Below, piece after piece: positions 10,491 to 18,798 of a stretch of 64,000 bases of DNA (the first letter of the stretch is position 1; each line of letters opens with the position of its first letter). The position numbers and the translations under genes are program-made. The notes below the pieces were generated by a model. The model saw nothing but the letters and a program-made list of their open reading frames with translations, did not search any database and was not told the DNA's origin. The DNA is from an uncultured bacterium (GTDB lineage: Bacteria; Bacillota; Clostridia; Christensenellales; QALW01): positions 9,907-73,906 of the forward strand of contig CAJMLN010000002.1 in assembly GCA_905214315.1 (NCBI GenBank). Direction: 5' to 3'.

Positions 10491-11557
10491 TTGTCCCCCG
10501 CCTCTTCTAGGCCCTCTGCCTGACTCTGTGATTTGATATCAATATTCCAGCCTGTCAGCCGGGCGGTAAGCATGGCGTTCTGCCCCTTTTTGCCGATGGC
10601 CAGGGAAAGCTGATTATCCGGCACAATGACGGTAGCCTTCTTTTTGGCCTCGCCCTCTTCGATTTTTACCAGCAGAACCTTGGAGGGGCTTAATGCGTTG
10701 GCGATATAGGTTACCGGATCGTCGCACCATTTGATGATATCGATTTTTTCATCGTTGATTTCGCTTACAATGTTGGCCACGCGCGTGCCCTTGGGGCCTA
10801 CGCACGCGCCTAAAGGATCTACGTTCGGATCCTCGCTGTATACGGCGATTTTGGTTCGGGAGCCGGCATCGCGCGCGATTGCTTTAATAATAACAACGCC
10901 CTGGGCAATTTCGGGCACTTCCAGCTCAAACAGCCGCTTGATCAGCTGCGGATGTGTGCGCGAAACGGTAATGGTAGTGCCGTACTGCACCTTTTTTACC
11001 TCGGAAACATATACCTTTAAGCGCATACCGGGCACGTAGTGCTCGCCCTCAATTTGTTCCTTGGGGGGAATTACGCCCTCTAATTTGCCCAGCTCTACAT
11101 AGACGTAGCCGTTTTCCACCCGCTGTACCACGGCGGTAAGCAGTTCGTTTTGCTTGTCGGCATATTCGCTGTATACCTGGCCCTTTTCTGCTTCGCGCAG
11201 GCGCTGGGTGATTACCTGACGCGCCGTCTGCGCGCCGATACGGCCGTAATCCTCGGGGGTATCCTCCACTTCAACTTTATCGCCCACCACGGCGCCGGGC
11301 AGCAGCTCCTGCGCGTCCTCTACGGAAATTTCCAGAAGATTATCGTATACATCCTCCACTACCGTTTTTACAATGTAGCAGCGCACGTCGCCGGTTTCTC
11401 TGTCCATGTGGGCCACAAGCGTTGCCGCGTCGCTGAATTCCCGCACTTTTTTATAGGCCGATACCATGGCAAGCTCAATGGCCTCATAGAGCATTTCTGC
11501 GTTGATGCCCTTTTCACTCTCCAGCATTTTAATCGCGCTGATCAATTCTGAATTCAT
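10487..11557 (-). CDS. nusA: Transcription termination/antitermination factor NusA
   Basis: N-terminal domain, S1 domain and two KH domains (GACVGPKGTRV..., AIGKKGQNAMLTARLTGW). The ATG at 11557 has GGAGG 5 nt upstream. The track start at 11569 is 4 codons longer. Confidence 0.95.
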   Translation of the reverse strand: MNSELISAIKMLESEKGINAEMLYEAIELAMVSAYKKVREFSDAATLVAHMDRETGDVRCYIVKTVVEDVYDNLLEISVEDAQELLPGAVVGDKVEVEDTPEDYGRIGAQTARQVITQRLREAEKGQVYSEYADKQNELLTAVVQRVENGYVYVELGKLEGVIPPKEQIEGEHYVPGMRLKVYVSEVKKVQYGTTITVSRTHPQLIKRLFELEVPEIAQGVVIIKAIARDAGSRTKIAVYSEDPNVDPLGACVGPKGTRVANIVSEINDEKIDIIKWCDDPVTYIANALSPSKVLLVKIEEGEAKKKATVIVPDNQLSLAIGKKGQNAMLTARLTGWNIDIKSQSQAEGLEEAGDK

Positions 11558-11572
11558 TTCTTCCTCCATTTT

Positions 11573-12031
11573 TCAGAAGCCTATATAAGGTCTGATGCAA
11601 TTTAAATTATTTCTCTTTACCGTCATAACGCCGTCCGCGTGTTCTATTACAACGGCTTCGTCGTCAAACGTTTTCAGCACGCCGATGAATTTCTTTTTTT
11701 TGCCCTCTTCAGGTTTTTTCAGGCGAAGCTCTATTTCTTTACCGATATTGCGTTCAAAATCCCGGTCAGTTTTCAGGGGACGGTCTCCCCAGGTGCTTAC
11801 GCACAGGCAGTAGGGAGCACCGCCGGTGGGATCGGCTGCCTCCACGGCCTCGTCAATGGCGCGGGAAACGGCCTCGCAGTCGTCAATAGTCACGCCAGGC
11901 TCGCGGCAGATATAAAAATTAAGGCACATCTGTCCGGCCTCACGCGCGTATTCCACATCGGCCATTTCAAAGCCCATAGCCTCAATGATTTTTTGTGCGG
12001 CGTTCCCGGCAAGCTCGGCAGCTTTTGGCAT
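11573..12031 (-). CDS. rimP: Ribosome maturation factor RimP
   Basis: 152 aa and the first gene of the nusA-infB operon. SD GAAGGAGGGG precedes the ATG. Confidence 0.9.
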   Translation of the reverse strand: MPKAAELAGNAAQKIIEAMGFEMADVEYAREAGQMCLNFYICREPGVTIDDCEAVSRAIDEAVEAADPTGGAPYCLCVSTWGDRPLKTDRDFERNIGKEIELRLKKPEEGKKKKFIGVLKTFDDEAVVIEHADGVMTVKRNNLNCIRPYIGF

Positions 12032-12289
12032 AAAGCCCCTCCTTCAAAAATGAAGAGTGGGATATTCGCCCACTCTCGCAAGAACTATTGTGTGTATTAT
12101 GATACCATACACCCTAAAAAATTGCAAACATTATTTTAAATATATTTTGTATTTTTACGCCGGCTTTATACAAATAAATGTTTTTTATCTGTTTTTATAA
12201 AAAACGCGCTTTTTGTAAACAACATTTTTTCCTTTGTTTTGCCGGAATCGATGAAACGCTTTCTGCTCTAAAAGCAGCGCATTTTGCTT

Positions 12290-13975
12290 TTACGCAGCAG
12301 GCTGAAGGAGGATATTGTCGATTTTGACGTCTTCCCATCCCTTTGCGGCGGGATCGTAATACACCGTTACCGGTTTTTCCGGTGTTGCGCCGAACGTAAA
12401 ACGGTCAAGTCCCTCCGGCATATCGCCTGCAAACGTCACGCTCTTTAAACCGGAGCATCCTTCAAAAGCCATGTCTCCGAGCCTTTTCAAGCTCTTGGGA
12501 AAGGTTACGGTCTCCAGCGCGGTACAGGCATAAAACATGCTGTTCCCCAACGAGGTAACGCCTTCCTCCAGAATAAGCGAGGTCAGGGCCGTATTTCCCG
12601 CAAAATGCCCGTGGCCGGTATCGCCCCAGCTTTCGATATTGCCGGTTATGCGTACCTCCTCCAGTGCCAAACAGTAGTGAAAAGCCTGAACGTCAATCGT
12701 TTTAACCGTTTCCGGAATCGTGATCCTTTTCAATCCGGAATACGCAAAGGCGTGAACGCCTATGGATTCCACGCTCTCAGGAATTTCAATTTCCTCCAGC
12801 GCCGGGCAGTAGCTGAAGGCGCCGTAGCTGATCGTTTTGATACCATTCTGTAAATGCACTGTTTTCAATGTTTTGCAATCCCTAAACGCGTAGGAATAAT
12901 CGACGATAGCCGCCGGAATCGTTACCTCTTCTATTTGGCTTTCACTGAAGACGGATGCTTCTATTCTGACGGGGAACCCATCGATTTTATCCGGAAGAAC
13001 GAGGCTGCTGTCGGATCCGGTATACTTTGTGATAACCGCAATGTCTTTTATTATTTCATATTCAAAATCTCCCTCGATTTTTGCGGTGGGAATGGGCACC
13101 GGCTCATCGTTTCCGGTGCCGATAGGCCTGAAAACCAAATCCTCGATTTCCGTATTCTCCCATCCTTTGGCCGCGGGATCATAGTATACGACGACCGGCT
13201 TTTTTGGCTCGGCATTCAGCGTATAGCCTTGCAGAGCTTCCGGCTTATCGCCTAAAAACGTTACGCTTTGCATCGAAGAACATCCGGAAAACGCCGAAGC
13301 ACCAAGGTTCGTCAGGCTCCGGGGAAAGGTTACGCTCTCCAGCGCGGTACAGCTGATAAAGGAATACGGGCCTATTTGGGTAACGCCTTCGTCTAAAATG
13401 ACGGTGGTCAGGGCGGGATTTCCCGCGAACTGTCTGTCAAACAGCCAGTTTTGTATATCGCCTGTAAGATGTACCTCCTCCAGATTGGGGCAGCTATAAA
13501 ATGCATAGCCCTCAAGTGTTTGGAGCTTTTTGGGCAGTTTAACCTTTTTCAGGCCGGAAAAAGCGAAGGCATTTGTACCTATTTTTTCTATGCTCTCAGG
13601 AATTTCGATTTCCTCAAGCGCGGCGCATGCGTAGAATGCGTAACTATCAATCAGCTTTAACCCTTTTTGTAAATGGACTGTTTTTAAGGTGTTACATTCT
13701 AAAAAAGCACCGCTATATTCCTGAACGGAAGCCGGAACGGTCACCTCTTCTACATTGCTTTGGGTAAAAGCGTTTTCCCCGATGGTGCGGACCGGAAGCC
13801 CCTCGATTTTATCGGGAATGACAACGCTGGTATCGGAGCCGGTATATTGGGTGATGGTTACGGTGTTTTCGATGATTTCATATGTAAAATCACTGGCCGG
13901 GTTTGCACGGGGACTGCAGCTGACGCCGGAGAGAATAAAGACGGCGAGCAGGAAAGAGGCGAATAGCTTTTTCAT
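12290..13975 (-). CDS. BspA-like leucine-rich-repeat lipoprotein (LRR_5 type)
   Basis: 561 aa. Signal peptide with lipobox-like ILSGVSC. Many copies of the I-P-x-S-V-x-x-I-G-x-x-A-F-x-x-C-x-x-L unit. SD TAAGGAG precedes the ATG. Confidence 0.8.
   Translation of the reverse strand: MKKLFASFLLAVFILSGVSCSPRANPASDFTYEIIENTVTITQYTGSDTSVVIPDKIEGLPVRTIGENAFTQSNVEEVTVPASVQEYSGAFLECNTLKTVHLQKGLKLIDSYAFYACAALEEIEIPESIEKIGTNAFAFSGLKKVKLPKKLQTLEGYAFYSCPNLEEVHLTGDIQNWLFDRQFAGNPALTTVILDEGVTQIGPYSFISCTALESVTFPRSLTNLGASAFSGCSSMQSVTFLGDKPEALQGYTLNAEPKKPVVVYYDPAAKGWENTEIEDLVFRPIGTGNDEPVPIPTAKIEGDFEYEIIKDIAVITKYTGSDSSLVLPDKIDGFPVRIEASVFSESQIEEVTIPAAIVDYSYAFRDCKTLKTVHLQNGIKTISYGAFSYCPALEEIEIPESVESIGVHAFAYSGLKRITIPETVKTIDVQAFHYCLALEEVRITGNIESWGDTGHGHFAGNTALTSLILEEGVTSLGNSMFYACTALETVTFPKSLKRLGDMAFEGCSGLKSVTFAGDMPEGLDRFTFGATPEKPVTVYYDPAAKGWEDVKIDNILLQPAA
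12293..13897 (-). repeat. Tandem internal duplication (two units of about 265 aa) inside the LRR gene
   Basis: Residues ~27-290 and ~300-561 align end to end. Start of the units: FTYEIIENTVTITQYTGSDTSVVIPDKIEGLPVR versus FEYEIIKDIAVITKYTGSDSSLVLPDKIDGFPVR. End of the units: VVVYYDPAAKGWENTEI versus VTVYYDPAAKGWEDVKI. Confidence 0.75.
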
Positions 13976-14076
13976 AAAAACAGACTCCTTATACGAGTTG
14001 ACAGTATCATACGATAAAATCGTTGTACAGTCAACAAAAACATTTTAAATGTAGTAAAACTTAAAAATTTACTGCA

Positions 14077-14110
14077 TAAAAAATAAACCGGAAGGTGTCC
14101 GGTTTATTTT
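14077..14110 (-). terminator. Rho-independent terminator of polC
   Basis: AAACCGGA-N5-TCCGGTTT hairpin at 14085-14105. On the minus strand it is followed by TTTATTTTTTATG. It lies 12 nt after the polC stop. Confidence 0.7.
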
Positions 14111-14121
14111 CAGGTTATCTG

Positions 14122-17100
14122 TCAGATGGCGTCAAACAGGCTGATCTGCTGGCTTTTGGGAAGATCGCGCAGGCAGCCGCAGGACTCCAACGCCTGCAGA
14201 AGCGTGCTGGAGAGCTTGGTGCGGGAAAGCAGGTCGTCCTGGGATTTAAACGGTTCCTCTTTCCGTGCCTCCACAATGGAATAGGCGGCCGTTTCGCCCA
14301 GCCCCGGCACTGCGTTCAGCGGTGGCCGGATCCGGTTATCGTCTGTTACGGTAAAGTTCAGCGCCTGAGATTCGTAAATATCGATATCCGCAAATTCGAT
14401 GCCGCGCATCTTCATCTCCAGCGCCATTTCCAGCATGACGAGGATTCCCTTTTCCCGCGGATTCAGATTGGAACGGGAGTGATAATCTTCTATCAGCCGC
14501 TTCAGCTGCTGGGGTGAATCCTTGGCCACGCTGATTTCAAAATCGTCGGCCCGCACGGTAAAATAGGTGGCGTAGTACTGGTGGGGCTTGTACACCTTGA
14601 ACCAGGCGATACGGATGGCCATGGTTACGTATGCCGCGGCGTGAGCCTTGGGGAACATGTATTTGATTTTGTGGCAGGAATCGATAAACCATTCGGGAAT
14701 GCCGTGCTCGCGGATGGCCTGCTCGTTTTCCGGCGGAAGGCCCTTCCCCTTGCGCACCAGCTCCATGGTTTTAAAGGACATCAGCGCGTCGCAGCCCTTT
14801 TGGATCAGGGTATTCATAATATCCTCACGGGTACAGATGCATTCGCCGATGGCGGCGGTGCCGCTGTCGATCAGCTCTTCGGCGTTGCCGGTCCATACGT
14901 CGGTGCCGTGGGAAAGTCCGGAGATTTTAATCAAGTCTGAAAATGTTTTGGGCTTGGTCTTTACCAGCATTTTGCGGGTAAAGGCTGTGCCGAATTCGGG
15001 GATGCCGAAGGTGCCCACGGGGGAGCCGATGTCCTCCTCGGTCACCCCTAAGGACCTGGTGGAAAGAAACAGGTCCATGACCTTGGGGTCATCCAGCGGA
15101 ACGTCCTTTTTGGCGTCGATTCCCGTAAGGTCCTCCAGCATACGGATAACCGTGGGATCGTCGTGGCCGAGAATATCGGCCTTTAAAATCGTATCGTGCA
15201 GCGATTCAAAGGTAAAATGCGTGGTAATAATGCCTTTTTCCGGATCGTTGGCCGGATACTGCAGGGGTGTGAACTCGTTGATATCATAGGCCTTGGGAAG
15301 GATAACCACGCCGCCGGCATGCTGGCCCGTGGTGCGCTTGACCTCGATGCAGCCGTTTGCCAGGCGCAGAACCTCCGCCATGCGCGGCTTGCCCAGGCCG
15401 TATTCCTCGCAGTATTTTTTTGTGTAGCCGATGGCGGTTTTATCGGCCACGCCGCCGATGGTGCCGGCGCGGAACACGTACTTTTCCCCAAAAAGCTCTT
15501 CAATATATTTATGCACTACCGGCTGATACACGCCGGAAAAGTTCAGGTCGATATCAGGCACCTTGTCGCCGTCAAAGCCCATGAACACTTCAAAGGGAAT
15601 GTTAAAGCCCAGCCGCAGCAGCTCGGCGCCGCATTTGGGACACTTGGCTTTGGGCAGGTCGATGCCGCAGTCGTATTTCGTCAGGTCGATATTAAAATCG
15701 GAATACTGGCACGCGGGGCAAACATAATGAGGGGTAAGGGGGTTTACCTCGGTAATATTGGCCATGGTGGCCGCAAAGGAGGAGCCCACGCTGCCCCGGG
15801 ACCCTACCAGATAGCCGTCGGAAAGCGATTTCTTTACCACCTTGTGGGCGATTAGGTACAGCACCGCGTAGCCGTGCTTGATGATGGCCGTCAGCTCTTT
15901 CTCCAGCCGCTTAGCCACGATTTCCGGCAGGGGATCGCCGTAGAGCGCCTTGGCGTTGGATTCGCACATTTCGCGCAGCTCTTCCTCGGCGTTGTCCATC
16001 TCGGGCGTATAGAGGTGATCGCGGGGGAAGGACTCCATTTTTTCGCACTGATTGGCGATCATCCGCGGATTTTTTACCACGATTTCATAGCGCTTGTCCT
16101 CGGGAAGGTAGTAGAATTCATCCAGCATTTCCTGCGTGGTGCGGTAATACAGCGGCGGCTGGATATTGGCCTCAGGATATCCCTCGGCGCATTGGATGAT
16201 GCTGCGGAACACAGCGTCACGCGGCAGAAGGTAATGCACGTCGCCCGTGGCAATGACGGGCTTATTGAGTCTTTCGCCCAGCTCAATGATCTTTTTGTTC
16301 AGCTCGATCAGATGCTCAGTATCCCTTACCGCGCCTTCGCGCACCAGAAACTCGTTGTTGCCTAAGGGCTGCACTTCTAAATAGTCATAAAACCGGGCAA
16401 TCTGCTCCAATTTCTGGTCCGACGCACCGCGGATCATGGCCCGGTACAGCTCGCCGGCCTCACAGGCCGAGGCAATCAGCAGCCCCTCCCGATGCTCCTG
16501 CAAAAGCGACCGCGGAATCTGCGGCCGTTTGCGGCGCAGATGGTGAAGGTGCGATTCGGTGATCAGGGAATAGAGATTAAACAATCCCTTTTTATTTTTG
16601 GCGTAAATGATAATATGATAGCTGTCGCCGTTATCGGTGGACATCAGCCTGTTCAGCTCTCCGACGGTGTGAGCCTGCTTTTCCTCCAGCAGCTCCAGCA
16701 GCCTGCGGAGTACCGCCGCGGTGATCTCGGCCTCCTTTAGGGCATTGGTGATCAGCCCGGTTTTGATCTCCAGCGCGTCGCAGACCTTATTGAATTTTCC
16801 GCTTTTGATGTTGGGAATCAGCTCGCGGGAGAGCCGAAGCGTATCGATGCTGGGATAATCAATTTCCATCCCCGCGGCAGCGCCCTGTGTGCGCAGAAAC
16901 GCCATAGAAGCGCCTGCGCCGTGGCTTACCAGCACGCAGCCGGCGGCATATTCGGCAAATGCCGTCATTACAGCCCCGATATCCGGAGCGGAATCCAGGC
17001 TTGCCATTGAAATATTTGCCTCTTCCAGGATTTTTTCGTTCACCTGGCAGTGCGGGTTGGCATAGGAATGGAACGTCCGTTCCCGCAGCGCACCGTTTTC

Positions 17101-18327
17101 ATAGATGCAGGCGCCCAGCTCAATGATGCGTCCTGTCAGCGCGCTGGTGCCGGTCGTGCGCAGCGAGTATACGCAATATTTTATATCCCTTAAGCGCGTA
17201 TTCTCATCAAGGCCCGTTATAAGCGGGTCATCATCCAGAAGATAGCCCTCCACGCCAAGGATCAGCTTGATATCGGCCTTCAGCTTGCCGATGGCCGCCT
17301 CCATGTCCGGGAAGGCCTGTACCACGCCGTGGTCGGTAATCGCTACGGTATCGTGCCCGTACTGCATCATCAGCTTGACCAGCTGCTTGGGGTCTACGAC
17401 GCCGTCCATCTGGCTCATTTTGGTGTGCAGATGCATTTCGATGCGTTTTTCTTTGGCGGTATCGGTCTTTTTTTCCTGCCTGACCGGAATGATACTATAC
17501 GGAGAGAGCACCAGTTCGCCGGCCCCGTAGGTATCTACCATGCAGTTGCCATAAACGGCTATGTGGCCCTCCACGGTTTCATTCAGTTCCTGCGCAACCT
17601 CGTTGGTGGTGTAAATTTTGCAGTTGATGGAGGAGGTATAGTCGGTAACGGCAAAGAAAAAAATTGTGTGCTTGCCGTCGCGCAGCTCTTTTTGTTCCCG
17701 GTTAATCACGTCCCCGCAGATCGTTACCCTGCCGCTGACATCGGTAAGGGCTTTGATGGGGGTGATCTCTTTTAAGGCAAAGCTTTTTCCATAAAGCGCT
17801 GCGCCGTCCTTAGATGCCGCTTTAGCGCCCTTGGCGGGCCTGGTTTTCGCCTTTTCGCCGGGCGTTCCGGCCGCCCGCGCGGTAGCGGCCGCTTCCCGGC
17901 TCAGCCGCGCCATACGTTCCCGGTACCGGGAAAGAGCAGAATCCTCCGTGTCGGCGGCAAGCGCGTCTGCGCCGGGAACGTATTCCTCCGGTGCGGGCGC
18001 TTCCTCCGGGGGCGGAACAAAGGCATAGATATCCTCTTCCAAGGCATCGCCGGCAGGGCGCGGCGGCGTGGGAAGGGGAGCGCGTTCCGGCTCCACAAGA
18101 ATTGTAACGGCTACATCTTTGGGCACGATTTTTTCTACCGCAGCGCGCAGGCAGGTGTGCTCTTCCTCCAAAAGCGGCGCGTGCGAAGAAAAAAACAGCT
18201 GCCAATCGGCCGCGTCATCTGAAATTACGGCCTTTTCAAATTCTATTTTATCAGCTATGACGCTGTTTAAGATAGCGCACAGGGCGTTCATAAATTTGGA
18301 ATTTTGCTTTGACAGGGTAACCGACAT
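14122..18327 (-). CDS. polC: DNA polymerase III alpha subunit, PolC type
   Basis: About 1,401 aa from the ATG at 18327 (SD GGGAGA 6 nt upstream). PHP domain (HLHTKMSQMDG), inserted DnaQ-like exonuclease and C-terminal pol III core, which is the PolC layout. The track start at 18393 is an extension. Confidence 0.95.
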   Translation of the reverse strand: MSVTLSKQNSKFMNALCAILNSVIADKIEFEKAVISDDAADWQLFFSSHAPLLEEEHTCLRAAVEKIVPKDVAVTILVEPERAPLPTPPRPAGDALEEDIYAFVPPPEEAPAPEEYVPGADALAADTEDSALSRYRERMARLSREAAATARAAGTPGEKAKTRPAKGAKAASKDGAALYGKSFALKEITPIKALTDVSGRVTICGDVINREQKELRDGKHTIFFFAVTDYTSSINCKIYTTNEVAQELNETVEGHIAVYGNCMVDTYGAGELVLSPYSIIPVRQEKKTDTAKEKRIEMHLHTKMSQMDGVVDPKQLVKLMMQYGHDTVAITDHGVVQAFPDMEAAIGKLKADIKLILGVEGYLLDDDPLITGLDENTRLRDIKYCVYSLRTTGTSALTGRIIELGACIYENGALRERTFHSYANPHCQVNEKILEEANISMASLDSAPDIGAVMTAFAEYAAGCVLVSHGAGASMAFLRTQGAAAGMEIDYPSIDTLRLSRELIPNIKSGKFNKVCDALEIKTGLITNALKEAEITAAVLRRLLELLEEKQAHTVGELNRLMSTDNGDSYHIIIYAKNKKGLFNLYSLITESHLHHLRRKRPQIPRSLLQEHREGLLIASACEAGELYRAMIRGASDQKLEQIARFYDYLEVQPLGNNEFLVREGAVRDTEHLIELNKKIIELGERLNKPVIATGDVHYLLPRDAVFRSIIQCAEGYPEANIQPPLYYRTTQEMLDEFYYLPEDKRYEIVVKNPRMIANQCEKMESFPRDHLYTPEMDNAEEELREMCESNAKALYGDPLPEIVAKRLEKELTAIIKHGYAVLYLIAHKVVKKSLSDGYLVGSRGSVGSSFAATMANITEVNPLTPHYVCPACQYSDFNIDLTKYDCGIDLPKAKCPKCGAELLRLGFNIPFEVFMGFDGDKVPDIDLNFSGVYQPVVHKYIEELFGEKYVFRAGTIGGVADKTAIGYTKKYCEEYGLGKPRMAEVLRLANGCIEVKRTTGQHAGGVVILPKAYDINEFTPLQYPANDPEKGIITTHFTFESLHDTILKADILGHDDPTVIRMLEDLTGIDAKKDVPLDDPKVMDLFLSTRSLGVTEEDIGSPVGTFGIPEFGTAFTRKMLVKTKPKTFSDLIKISGLSHGTDVWTGNAEELIDSGTAAIGECICTREDIMNTLIQKGCDALMSFKTMELVRKGKGLPPENEQAIREHGIPEWFIDSCHKIKYMFPKAHAAAYVTMAIRIAWFKVYKPHQYYATYFTVRADDFEISVAKDSPQQLKRLIEDYHSRSNLNPREKGILVMLEMALEMKMRGIEFADIDIYESQALNFTVTDDNRIRPPLNAVPGLGETAAYSIVEARKEEPFKSQDDLLSRTKLSSTLLQALESCGCLRDLPKSQQISLFDAI

Positions 18328-18357
18328 ATTGCATCTCCCGCTAAAATATTTATAATT

Positions 18358-18386
18358 ATTGTACCATATTTCGCGGTTTATGCCAA
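18358..18386 (-). promoter_or_regulatory. Candidate sigma-A promoter of polC
   Basis: Minus strand: TTGGCA, 17 nt, TGgTACAAT (extended -10), about 30 nt upstream of the polC ATG. Confidence 0.5.
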
Positions 18387-18699
18387 GCAGCAAAGAGGGG
18401 AAACGGCAGTCCGGAATTTTGCCGGAAAAGGGCCGCCCGGAGAGTTCAGGTCTGCCGTAGTTCGGGGATAGAAAATTTTAACTAAAAAATTTTTTGTTTG
18501 TGCATAAAGATCCGTTGGCCTGCAAAGCAAAAGCCGGGAGCGAGAAAAACGGCGCCTCGGCCTGCGGTTTCTCTGATAAGGCGTGCGGTAAGGATTGGAT
18601 TTTTGGGCGGACTGTACGGCGGCTAACCGGAAAGAGCTCTGCAGCTTTGCGTACTACCGTGCCTGAGGCTGAAACAGCCCTCCGTTGAAACGTCCTCGG

Positions 18700-18742
18700 T
18701 AAGAAAATTAAAAATCCGCATACCATCAAATGGTATGCGGGT
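18700..18742 (-). terminator. Rho-independent terminator of the 18799-20292 surface-protein gene
   Basis: Perfect 10-bp stem CCGCATACCA-tcaaa-TGGTATGCGG at 18716-18740. On the minus strand it is followed by ATTTTTAATTTTCTT. Confidence 0.8.
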
Positions 18743-18798
18743 TATGTTTCCTATTTTTAACGAGCATCGGATTTTGATACCAAAATCCATACATTGTG

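Noticed and set aside
17730-18045. Pro/Ala/Glu-rich low-complexity linker in the N-terminal part of PolC
   Set aside because: It is in frame and flanked by normal PolC domains. Variable linkers between the PolC N-terminal domain and the OB domain are common, so I do not treat it as an insertion element or intein.
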